Positions 19,293-27,452 of a stretch of DNA of 32,000 bases are shown here, piece by piece; within the stretch, counting starts at the first letter, position 1; each line of letters opens with the position of its first letter. A program made the translations under genes and the position numbers. Below the pieces are notes generated by a model. The model was not told the origin of the DNA and made no database searches. It saw nothing but the letters and a program-made list of their open reading frames with translations. This DNA comes from Pseudomonas aeruginosa (GTDB lineage: Bacteria > Pseudomonadota > Gammaproteobacteria > Pseudomonadales > Pseudomonadaceae), in assembly GCF_001457615.1 (NCBI RefSeq), contig NZ_LN831024.1, positions 2,280,001-2,312,000 on the forward strand, read 5' to 3'.

Positions 19293-20972
19293 ATGACTCA
19301 GGAAACCGTCGGCTTCGCCGCGCTCGGTATTCACCCCAATGTGCTCGCGGCAATCGTCGCCGTAGGCTACGAAGAGCCTTCGCCTATCCAGGCTCAATCG
19401 ATTCCGCTGATCCTCGAAGGCCACGACATGATCGGCCAGGCGCAGACCGGTACCGGCAAGACCGCCGCGTTCGCCCTGCCGCTGCTGTCGCGCATCGACC
19501 CGAGCCGCCGCGAGCCGCAGATGCTGGTGCTGGTGCCGACCCGCGAGCTGGCCCTGCAGGTCGCCACCGCCTGCGAAACCTATTCCAAGCAATTGCCGGG
19601 CGTCGGCGTGGTCGCCGTCTACGGCGGCGCGCCCATGGGGCCGCAGCTGAAGGCCCTGCGCCAGGGCGCACAGATCCTCGTCGCTACCCCCGGCCGCCTG
19701 TGCGACCACCTGCGCCGCGACGAGAAGCTGCTGGCCACCGTCCAGCGCCTGGTGCTCGACGAAGCCGACGAGATGCTCAAGCTCGGCTTCATGGACGACC
19801 TGGAAGTGATCTTCGAGGCGCTTCCCGAATCGCGCCAGACCGTGCTCTTCTCGGCGACCCTGCCGGCGTCCATCCGTGGCATCGCCGAGCGCCACCTGAA
19901 GCAGCCCAAGCACGTCAAGATCGCCGCCAAGACCCAGACCGTGGCGCGCATCGAGCAGGTCCACCTGATGGTCCATGCCGACCAGAAGGCCGGTTCGATC
20001 CAGCGTCTGCTGGAAGTCGAGCAGTTCGACGCGCTGATCGCCTTCGTCCGCACCAAGCAGGCCACCCTCGACTACGCCGAATTGCTCGAGCGCCAGGGCT
20101 ACCGCGCCGCCGCGCTCAACGGCGACATGCCGCAGGCCCAGCGCGAGCGGGTCATCGAGTCGCTGAAGGACGGTTCGCTGGACATCGTCATCGCCACCGA
20201 CGTTGCCGCCCGGGGCCTGGACGTACCGCGCATCACCCACGTGCTGAACATCGACATGCCCTACGACCCCGAGTCCTACGTGCACCGCATCGGCCGTACC
20301 GGCCGTGCCGGCCGGGAAGGGCGCGCGCTGTTGCTGGTGACTCCGCGCGAGCGGCGCATGCTGCAGGTGATCGAGCGGGTCACCGGGCAGAAGGTCGGCG
20401 AAGTCCGCCTGCCGGATGCCGAGACCGTGCTGGAGGCCCGCCTGGCGCGCCTGGCCGCGAGCCTGACGCCCTTGCTCGACAGCGCCGTCGAGCAGCGCGG
20501 CGCGGTGCGCGACGAGCTGTGCCGTCGCCTCGGCTGCGATGCCGAGACCCTGGCCGCCGCATTGCTGGCACGCCTGACCGTCGGCAAGGCGCTGGACCTG
20601 GAGTCGGTGCGCCGCGAACAGCCGCTGACCCCATCGGCACCGCGCGAGCGTGCCGACCGTGGCGAACGCGGCGAGCGCGGCGAGCGTCCGGAGCGCAGCG
20701 GCGAGCGTCGTCCGATGGCGCCGCCGAGCGAAGGCCGTGCCCGCTGCCGCACTGCCCTCGGCGCGCGCGACGGGGTTGCGGCGAAGAACCTGCTGGGCGC
20801 GATCCTCAACGAGGGCGGCCTGTCCCGCGAGGACATCGGTCGCATCCAGATTCGCGATACCTTCAGCCTGATCGAGCTGCCCGAGGCCAATCTCGAGCGC
20901 CTGCTGACCAAGCTCAAGGACACCCGCGTCGCCGGCAAGGCCCTGCGCCTGCGCCGCTATCGCGAGGACTGA
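19293..20972 (+). CDS. deaD: DEAD-box ATP-dependent RNA helicase DeaD/CsdA type
   Basis: PIQAQSIPLILEGHDMIGQAQTGTGKTAAFALPLL, VLVPTRELALQ, VATPGRLCDH, LDEADEMLKLGF, FSATLP, ATDVAARGLDVPRITHV, HRIGRTGRAGR, and a C-terminal DbpA-like RNA-binding domain. The start was trimmed to MTQETVGF at 19293. Confidence 0.95.
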   Translation: MTQETVGFAALGIHPNVLAAIVAVGYEEPSPIQAQSIPLILEGHDMIGQAQTGTGKTAAFALPLLSRIDPSRREPQMLVLVPTRELALQVATACETYSKQLPGVGVVAVYGGAPMGPQLKALRQGAQILVATPGRLCDHLRRDEKLLATVQRLVLDEADEMLKLGFMDDLEVIFEALPESRQTVLFSATLPASIRGIAERHLKQPKHVKIAAKTQTVARIEQVHLMVHADQKAGSIQRLLEVEQFDALIAFVRTKQATLDYAELLERQGYRAAALNGDMPQAQRERVIESLKDGSLDIVIATDVAARGLDVPRITHVLNIDMPYDPESYVHRIGRTGRAGREGRALLLVTPRERRMLQVIERVTGQKVGEVRLPDAETVLEARLARLAASLTPLLDSAVEQRGAVRDELCRRLGCDAETLAAALLARLTVGKALDLESVRREQPLTPSAPRERADRGERGERGERPERSGERRPMAPPSEGRARCRTALGARDGVAAKNLLGAILNEGGLSREDIGRIQIRDTFSLIELPEANLERLLTKLKDTRVAGKALRLRRYRED

Positions 20973-20990
20973 GGTCCAGCGCGATGAACA

Positions 20991-21016
20991 AAAGCCCCGC
21001 TTCGGCGGGGCTTTTT
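20991..21016 (+). terminator. Rho-independent terminator of deaD
   Basis: AAAGCCCCGC-TTCG-GCGGGGCTTTTT: 7-bp GC stem, UUCG loop and T5. Confidence 0.88.
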
Positions 21017-21083
21017 CATGGGCTTGATGTTTGCTGGCCAGACTGTTTTTCGCGCCTGCCCCGGCTTCTCGTTTCGTCACCCC

Positions 21084-21130
21084 GGGCGAGCCCCTCTGGC
21101 AAGCGTCTAAAGGAAACAAAGGACTCGCCC
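21084..21130. repeat. Candidate degenerate copy of a pseudomonad dispersed intergenic repeat
   Basis: GGGCGAG-CCCCTCTGGCAAGCGTCTAAAGGAAACAAAGGA-CTCGCCC. The terminal arms are inverted and the core resembles the 'TTTTGGCAAGCGCCAAAAGTAACCAAAA' repeats I remember from many Pseudomonas genomes. Confidence 0.4.
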
Positions 21131-21210
21131 AGCCGCCAGGGCAGGCACCACGTCGTGCATGTCAGACCTGCACATACCGAGGCCCTGATCCGCCGCCTAT
21201 CCATGACATC

Positions 21211-21237
21211 GCGGATAACGCCTATGGCGTTATTCGC
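21211..21237. repeat. REP-like palindromic element
   Basis: GCGGATAACGCC-TAT-GGCGTTATTCGC. Near-perfect 12-bp arms with one mismatch pair, resembling the common GCGGATAACGC...GCGTTATTCGC repeats. Confidence 0.5.
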
Positions 21238-21338
21238 GCTACAGGACTATGTCGCTCGCGATTTCCTGGCTGCCAGCCGAGTCCACCCAGCTTGCGGCGG
21301 GAAGCCGATGCTCTCCGCCAGTCCCCCGAGAAACCCTG

Positions 21339-22109
21339 TCAATCGAAGCGATAGATATCCATCCCCAACGAGCCCAGGGTAAAGCCGCTGTGCTCGACGC
21401 GCATCCCGCCGCCGCCCGCGCCGCGGGCGAAGAACAGTGGCAGCAGGTGCTCGTCGCTGGGGTGGTTGCGCGCCGCCCAGGGCGCCTGCCGGCGGTAGTC
21501 GTGAAGCGCGGCCTCGTCGTCGGCCTGGAGCTTTTCCACCATCCAGTCACGGAACTCCCGCGCCCAGGGCGCGATGGCTTCCGGCCCGGCGCGCCAGTCC
21601 AGTTCGCCCAGGTTGTGGGTGATGCTGCCGGAACCGATCAGCAGCACGCCTTCCCCGCGCAGTTGGCGCAGGGCCTGGCCGACGCGGCTCTGCAGGGCCG
21701 GACCGAGGCGGCTCGGCAGGGACAGCTGGAGCACCGGGATGTCCGCCTGCGGGTACATCAGGCTCAGCGGCACCCAGGTGCCGTGGTCGAATGGTCGCTG
21801 TGGGTCGGCCTGGGCCGGCAGGCCGGCGGCCTGGAGCAGTTCGATCGTCCGCTGTGCCAGCGCCGGCTCGCCTTTGGCCGGGTAGCGCACGGCGTAGAGG
21901 GGCGGCGGAAAGCCGTAGAAGTCGTGCCAGATATCCGGCACCGCGGCGCCGGTTACCCGCAGGTCGTCGCTTTCCCAGTGCGCGGAAACCACCAGGATCG
22001 CCTTCGGCCGCGGCAGCTCTGTAGCCAGGCGGCGCAGTTGTACGCCGCTGGCGCCCGGTTCGAGGGCGAGCATCGGTGAGCCGTGGGAAATATAGAGAGT
22101 CGGTAGCAT
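21339..22109 (-). CDS. DODA-type/LigB-family extradiol ring-cleavage dioxygenase
   Basis: MLPTLYISHGSPMLALEPG...AILVVSAHWES...HDFYGFPPPLYAVRYPA...VLLIGSGSITHNLGELDW...HPSDEHLLPLFFARGA. Confidence 0.92.
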   Translation of the reverse strand: MLPTLYISHGSPMLALEPGASGVQLRRLATELPRPKAILVVSAHWESDDLRVTGAAVPDIWHDFYGFPPPLYAVRYPAKGEPALAQRTIELLQAAGLPAQADPQRPFDHGTWVPLSLMYPQADIPVLQLSLPSRLGPALQSRVGQALRQLRGEGVLLIGSGSITHNLGELDWRAGPEAIAPWAREFRDWMVEKLQADDEAALHDYRRQAPWAARNHPSDEHLLPLFFARGAGGGGMRVEHSGFTLGSLGMDIYRFD

Positions 22110-22199
22110 GATTCACCTCGTGACTCGGATGAGCCATGTTCCTCCCTCGATCAATCGAAAACCAGTATATGTTTTTGAGGATACCTATCGACCCAGGCG

Positions 22200-23180
22200 T
22201 TAGGTCGCGGTCTCGCGCGCTACGCCGGTTGGGCTTTCCGCCCAGTAGCGCCGATCGTCGAGGATCGCCCGGTCACGCTCGAACGCCAGGGGCAGGCGTT
22301 CCCTGAGGAAGTCCACCCAGGTGCGGATCTTGGCGTCCAGGTAGCGCCTCGAGGAGTACAGCACGAACACCTCGCGGACATGCAGTCGATGGCCCGGCAG
22401 TAGCCGCAACAGGCTGCCTTCCTGCAGCGCGCGGGCGGCGACTAAGCCGGGCAGCAGGCAGACGCCGAGCCCGGCCGCGGCGGCGGCGGCGCAGGCGGCC
22501 TCGGGAAGGTTGACCTTGAGCGCCTCGTCGAGATCGAGCAGCGTTTCGCCGCGTTCGCCGACGAAGGCCCAGCCCTGCGGGCAGGACGGCGCGGCCACGT
22601 TCAGGCAGCGATGCCGCAGCAGGTCCTCCGGCGTGCGTGGCACGCCATGCCGTGCCAGGTATTCCGGCGCGGCACAGACCACGCTGAACACCTGGCCGAG
22701 ATCGCGGGCGACCAGGGTCGAGTCCGGCAAGGTTCGGCCGAGGGTGATCAGCACGTCCAGGCCTTCCTCGAGCAGGGCCGGGGTGCCCTGGGCCAGCGTG
22801 AGGTCGACGGAGACGTCCGGATGGCCGTCCAGGTAGTCCACCAGTAGCGGCATCAGGTGCTCGAGGCCCAGTTCGGTCACCGCGTGGAGGCGCAGGCGAC
22901 CGCTGGCGTGGGACTGGCTGTCTTCGACGTCCGCCGCGGCGGCGGCGACCGTGCGCAGGATCTGCTTGCAATGCTCGTAGTAGCGCAGACCGCTTTCCGT
23001 CACCACGACGCTGCGCGTATTGCGTTGCAGCAGGCGCGCCGAGAGCGCCTGTTCGAGCCCGGCGACCTGGCGCGAAACGGTCGCCGGAGAGGTCCCCAGC
23101 GCCTGGGCGGCCTGGGTGAAGCTGCCGTGCTCCACCACGCGGACGAAGGTCCGGATACCTTGCAGCAGGTCCATTTCCAA
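22200..23180 (-). CDS. LysR-type transcriptional regulator
   Basis: LLQGIRTFVRVVEHGSFTQAAQALGTSPATVSRQVAGLEQALSARLLQRNTRSVVVTESG is a LysR HTH. The alternative start is MDLLQ at 23174. Confidence 0.93.
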   Translation of the reverse strand: MEMDLLQGIRTFVRVVEHGSFTQAAQALGTSPATVSRQVAGLEQALSARLLQRNTRSVVVTESGLRYYEHCKQILRTVAAAAADVEDSQSHASGRLRLHAVTELGLEHLMPLLVDYLDGHPDVSVDLTLAQGTPALLEEGLDVLITLGRTLPDSTLVARDLGQVFSVVCAAPEYLARHGVPRTPEDLLRHRCLNVAAPSCPQGWAFVGERGETLLDLDEALKVNLPEAACAAAAAAGLGVCLLPGLVAARALQEGSLLRLLPGHRLHVREVFVLYSSRRYLDAKIRTWVDFLRERLPLAFERDRAILDDRRYWAESPTGVARETAT

Positions 23181-23210
23181 CTCCTTCGCCGGTCCGCGCC
23201 CGGCGCCGTC

Positions 23211-24650
23211 TCAGCCCGACGCCGGGTCGGACGTTGGGCTCCAGCCGCCGCCCAGCGCCTTGTAGAGGTTGACCAGGGTCAGCGACACCGCTTCGTCGCT
23301 GGCGACCTGCTGTTCCTGGTTGTCCAGCAGTTGCCGCTGGCTGTCGAGCACGCTGAGGAAGTCCACCGCGCCGGCGCGGTATTGCTCGCGGGCGCTCTGC
23401 AGGGCGCGGCGGTTCTGCGCCACGGCTTCGCCGAGGCGCTCCTGGCGGCGCTGGTTGGCGGCGTAGTCGTGCATCGCGTCGTCGACTTCCTGCCAGGCAC
23501 GCAGCACGGTGCGCTGGTAGTCGATGGCGGCTTCCTGCTGCTGTGCCTCACGTAGCTCCAGGAGTCCGCGCAGGCGTCCGCCTTCGAAGATCGGCAGGCT
23601 GAACGCCGGGCCGATGGCGAACTGGCGATGGTCCCAGTCGCCCAGGCTGGACAGTTGCAGGGATTCGAAACCGAAGTTGCCGTTGAGCGTGATGCGCGGA
23701 TAGAAGTCCGCCTTGGCCACGCCGATGCTGGCGGTAGCCGCGTGCAGGCGCGCTTCGGCACGGCGGATGTCGGGGCGGCGCTGGGCCAGTTCGGACGGCA
23801 GGCCGACCGGCACGCTGCCCGGCGGACGCGGAATCGCCCGCGCCGGGCCGAGTTCGGCGAGCAGGCTGCCGGGGCTGGCGCCGACCAGGTAGCCGAGGGC
23901 GTTGACCAGGTGCGCCTGGTTCTTTTCCACCTCGGGCAGGCGTGCCTCCATGCTGGCCACCTGGGCCAGCGCCTGGGCTACCTCGAGGTCGGTGGCGACG
24001 CCGTTGGCCAGGCGCGTGCGGGTGAGTTCCAGGCTGCGCCGTGCGGTCTCGAGGTTGTCGCGGATGATCGCCGCACGGTTCTGTTCGCCACGCAACTGGA
24101 TATAGTCGCGCGCGGCTTCCGCCAGCACCGAGACCTGCACGTCGCGCAGTTCGTTCTCGCTGGCTTCCACCGTCGCGTCGGCGGCTTCCAGCTCGCGTCG
24201 CACGCGGCCCCAGAAGTCCAGCTCCCAGGAGGCGTCGAAGCCGGCCAGGGCGTGGTTGTAGTTGCCTTTGCCGGCCTTGCCGGAGGGATCGAACAGGCCG
24301 GCGCTGGTGGTCCGCTGGCGCTGGTAGGTGCCGCTGGCGTCCACCGAGGGCAGGGCGTCACCGCCGAGGCTGCGACGGATCGCGCGGCTCTGCTGCAGGC
24401 GCGCCGCGGCGCTGCGCAGGTCGAGGTTGGCACGCTGGACCCGTTGCAGCAGGGCGTTCAATTGCGCGTCGTCGAACAGCGTCCACCATTGGGCTGCGAG
24501 CGGCGCGGCGGTGAGGTGGCTGGGGTTGCCGGCAGCGGCCTGGAGCGACCATTCGCCGGGCGCAGGGCGGTCCGGGCGGGTGAAGTCGGGGCCGAGGCTG
24601 CAGGCGCCGAGCGCCAGGCTGGCAATAAGCAGGAGCGGAGTGCCTTTCAT
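23211..24650 (-). CDS. opmA: Outer-membrane efflux lipoprotein, NodT/OprM family (third gene of the efflux operon)
   Basis: Lipobox LALGAC; GPDFTRPDRPAPGEW; duplicated OEP domains ...QRTVLRAWQEVDDAMHDYAANQRR. The start overlaps the HlyD stop (ATGA). The symbol opmA is assigned from memory of the PAO1 OprM-family list. Confidence 0.88.
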   Translation of the reverse strand: MKGTPLLLIASLALGACSLGPDFTRPDRPAPGEWSLQAAAGNPSHLTAAPLAAQWWTLFDDAQLNALLQRVQRANLDLRSAAARLQQSRAIRRSLGGDALPSVDASGTYQRQRTTSAGLFDPSGKAGKGNYNHALAGFDASWELDFWGRVRRELEAADATVEASENELRDVQVSVLAEAARDYIQLRGEQNRAAIIRDNLETARRSLELTRTRLANGVATDLEVAQALAQVASMEARLPEVEKNQAHLVNALGYLVGASPGSLLAELGPARAIPRPPGSVPVGLPSELAQRRPDIRRAEARLHAATASIGVAKADFYPRITLNGNFGFESLQLSSLGDWDHRQFAIGPAFSLPIFEGGRLRGLLELREAQQQEAAIDYQRTVLRAWQEVDDAMHDYAANQRRQERLGEAVAQNRRALQSAREQYRAGAVDFLSVLDSQRQLLDNQEQQVASDEAVSLTLVNLYKALGGGWSPTSDPASG

Positions 24651-25711
24651 TGCTGGGCAACCTCGGCGGAGCGGGTGCCGGTCGCGGTGTCGATCCGTGC
24701 TTCCACCGACATGCCCACACGCAACTTGCCCGCCATGGCCTGGCGCGGCTCGAGAACGATCTTCACCGGGATCCGCTGGACCACCTTGGTGAAGTTGCCG
24801 GTGGCGTTGTCCGGGGCGATCGGCGCGAAGCTCAGGCCGGTGGCCGGTGCGATGCTGTCGACATGGCCGCGCAGAACCTTGTCGGGGAAGGTGTCGACGC
24901 GGATTTCCACGGCCTGTCCGGGAGAGACGTGGGTCAGTTGGGTTTCCTGGAAATTGCCGACCACGTAGGCCTGCTGCAGGGGCACCACCGCCAGCAGCGC
25001 GCTGCCCGGCGTGACATAGGCGCCGACGCGCAGTTGGCGGCGGCCGACCTGGCCGTCGAAGGGGGCGCGGAGTTCGCAGTAGGAGAGGTCCAGGCGGGCC
25101 TGGTCGCGTCGCGCCTGCATGCGTTGCAGGTCGCCACGGGCCTGGCCGACGCGGGCTTCGAGGACGCTCACCTGCTTGCGCGTGGCATCCACCGCGGCCT
25201 GGCCCTCGGCCAGCCGGGCGCTGGCGGTATCGATCCGCGATTGCGCCTGCTGGGCGTTCTGCAGGCTGCCGGCGCCCTTGCTGGCGAGGGTCTGGTAGCG
25301 GCTTTGCTCGTGACGGGCGAAGACCAGCTCGGCCTGCTCGGCGCGGACCTTGGCCCGCGCCTGTTCGATCAGCGCCTGCTGGCGTTGCAGGTTGGCCTCG
25401 GCATTGGCCAGGTTGGCCTCGGCACCGAGCACGTCGGCTTCGGCGGCGGCCAGGGCGGTGCGGAAGTCGCGGTCGTCGAGGCGGGCGAGCAACTGGCCGG
25501 CCTTGACCGGCTGGTTGTCCTCGACCAGAACGTCCTGGACGAAGCCGGCGACTTTCGGCGCGACCAGGGTGAAATCGGCGTGCACATAGGCGTCGTCGGT
25601 GCTCTGCACGACCCGTGGGGCGAGCAGGTGGAACAGCAGGTAGACCAGTAGGGTCAGGACCAGCAGGGCGGCGAGCAGCAGGCTGCCCTTGCGCGAAGTG
25701 ATGAACGACAT
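24647..25711 (-). CDS. HlyD/EmrA-family periplasmic adaptor (membrane fusion protein)
   Basis: MSFITSRKGSLLLAALLVLTLLVYLLFHLLAPRVVQSTDDAYVHADFTLVAPKVAGFVQDVLVEDNQPVKAGQLLARLD.... The track ORF 24647..27061 runs past the real start and should be cut here. Confidence 0.93.
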   Translation of the reverse strand: MSFITSRKGSLLLAALLVLTLLVYLLFHLLAPRVVQSTDDAYVHADFTLVAPKVAGFVQDVLVEDNQPVKAGQLLARLDDRDFRTALAAAEADVLGAEANLANAEANLQRQQALIEQARAKVRAEQAELVFARHEQSRYQTLASKGAGSLQNAQQAQSRIDTASARLAEGQAAVDATRKQVSVLEARVGQARGDLQRMQARRDQARLDLSYCELRAPFDGQVGRRQLRVGAYVTPGSALLAVVPLQQAYVVGNFQETQLTHVSPGQAVEIRVDTFPDKVLRGHVDSIAPATGLSFAPIAPDNATGNFTKVVQRIPVKIVLEPRQAMAGKLRVGMSVEARIDTATGTRSAEVAQQ

Positions 25712-25722
25712 ACAGCGACCTT

Positions 25723-27315
25723 TCAGTGTGTGGGAGCGACCGGGCGGGGCGGGTAGGCCCGTTGCGGCAGGATCGGAATCAGGATCAGCAGGGCGCAGGC
25801 CAGGCCGGCCATCGCCAGCAGCACGTCGGCGTTGCCCAGCACCTGGGCCTGTTGGCGGGCCTGTTCGGCCAGGTGCTGCCAGTGCGCGCCGGAGTCGGCG
25901 CCCGGTTGCAGGCCGGCGATCTGTTGCAGGCGCAGTTCGACGGCCTGGGACGCATTGCCCAGGTGATCCACCAGGCGGTTGGAGTGGTAGTGCTCGCGGG
26001 CGGTGCCGAGGGCGCCGATCACCGCGGTGGCGACTACCCCGGAGAAGCCGCGGACGGTGTTGAACCAGGCCGAGGCGAAGGGTCCCTCGATGGGCGCGAT
26101 GACGCTGGTGGAGAGCATCAGCAGCGGAATCACCGCCATCGGCTGGCCGACCACCAGTAACAGCATCGGCAGGTAGAAGTCCTCGCGCACCCAGTCCGCC
26201 GTCAGTTGGCTGAAGCTCAGACAGGCACCGGCGCACAGGCACAGGCCGCAGGCCAGCACCCAGCGGCAGTCGACCCGCGGGATGTTGCAGAGGGCCGCCA
26301 CCAGCGGCAGCGCGACGAGCTGCGGAAGGGCCACCAGCAACACCATGGGTACGCTCTGCAGGGGGCGGTAGCCGCGGATCTCGGCGAGGAATTCGGTCGG
26401 CACGCCCATGCTCGCGCCGAGCACCACCAGCACGCCGGCCAGGGTGATCAGGGCGAAGGTCAGGTTGCGGCGCTTCAGCAACTGCAGGCGGAAGAACGGC
26501 AGCGGGTGGCTCCATTCGTTGACCAGGAACAGCCCCAGCAGGAGGCTGCCGCTGCCCAGCAGCAGGCAGATCAGCGGCGACTCGAACCAGTCCAGGCGTT
26601 CGCCTTGCAGCAGACCGATCACCAGGGCGCAGATCGCCGGGAAGCCGGTGAGCAGGCCGATGCCGTCGAACTGGCGGAAGCGTTCCAGGCGCACCGGGTC
26701 CTGGGGGATGCCATGGGACACCGCGGCCATCGCCACCAGGCACAGTGGAATGACCTGCCAGAACACCCACTGCCAGCCGACGTATTCGAACCAGAACGCC
26801 GCCAGTGGCAGGCCCAGGTTGGGCCCGAAGGTCGCGGTGAGGGCATAGGCGCCCAGGCCATAGAGCTTTATCCCGGGTGGCAGGAAGCGTAGCGCCACGG
26901 TCATCAGCATTGGCGGCAGGCAGCCGGCCATCAGCCCTTGCAGGGTGCGCAGGACCAGCAGGCTCTCGAGGTTCGGCGCGAACGGACAGAGCAGGGCCAG
27001 CAGGGCGAAGCCGCCGATGGCGAAGAGCGTGAAGCGGCGCAGGGAAAAGGTCACCGAACACCAGGGCGCGAATGCCATGGCGGCGACCTGGGTGGCTTCG
27101 TAGAGCACGGTCAGCCAGGTGCCTTCGTCATGGCCAATGGCGAGTGCGCCGCGCACATCGGTCATGGCGATCTCGGTGACATGACCATTGAGACCGGCGG
27201 TGAGCGAGGCGAGCAGCACGCCGAGCAGGCCTACCACGATGCGCGCGCCGAAAGGCTGGGCGGCGGGGGCTGCGGTTGGCGTCGGCTGGCCGAGCGGGGT
27301 GGCGAGCGAAGTCAT
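25723..27315 (-). CDS. MFS drug:H+ antiporter, DHA2/EmrB family (14 TM)
   Basis: RGALAIGHDEGTWLTVLYEATQVAAMAFAPW (motif region), LLVLRTLQGLMAGCLPPMLMTVALRFLPP, multiple TM helices. First gene of the MFS-HlyD-OMF operon. Confidence 0.92.
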   Translation of the reverse strand: MTSLATPLGQPTPTAAPAAQPFGARIVVGLLGVLLASLTAGLNGHVTEIAMTDVRGALAIGHDEGTWLTVLYEATQVAAMAFAPWCSVTFSLRRFTLFAIGGFALLALLCPFAPNLESLLVLRTLQGLMAGCLPPMLMTVALRFLPPGIKLYGLGAYALTATFGPNLGLPLAAFWFEYVGWQWVFWQVIPLCLVAMAAVSHGIPQDPVRLERFRQFDGIGLLTGFPAICALVIGLLQGERLDWFESPLICLLLGSGSLLLGLFLVNEWSHPLPFFRLQLLKRRNLTFALITLAGVLVVLGASMGVPTEFLAEIRGYRPLQSVPMVLLVALPQLVALPLVAALCNIPRVDCRWVLACGLCLCAGACLSFSQLTADWVREDFYLPMLLLVVGQPMAVIPLLMLSTSVIAPIEGPFASAWFNTVRGFSGVVATAVIGALGTAREHYHSNRLVDHLGNASQAVELRLQQIAGLQPGADSGAHWQHLAEQARQQAQVLGNADVLLAMAGLACALLILIPILPQRAYPPRPVAPTH

Positions 27316-27452
27316 CGCGACCTCGCTACGGCGAGGGTGGGGAAACAAGGCATGGGCGGAAACTCTTCTGATTTCCGCCGCAGTCTAGGAGCGTCCCGGT
27401 AGTGTGAAAATTGAAATGATCGAAATGAATCAGTGCATTTTGTGCATCTGTT

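Noticed and set aside
19086-21119. 677-aa minus-strand ORF antisense to deaD
   Set aside because: Q/G/A/H-rich shadow frame with no recognisable domain. The DeaD helicase motifs on the plus strand are decisive.
19253-21382. 709-aa plus-strand ORF overlapping deaD
   Set aside because: RRR/PRP-rich +1 frame of deaD, which also reads through the rho-independent terminator at 20991-21016.
24647-27061. 804-aa ORF in the track as one protein
   Set aside because: Only the last 354 aa (from 25711) are the real HlyD adaptor. The upstream part is an out-of-frame shadow of the MFS gene.
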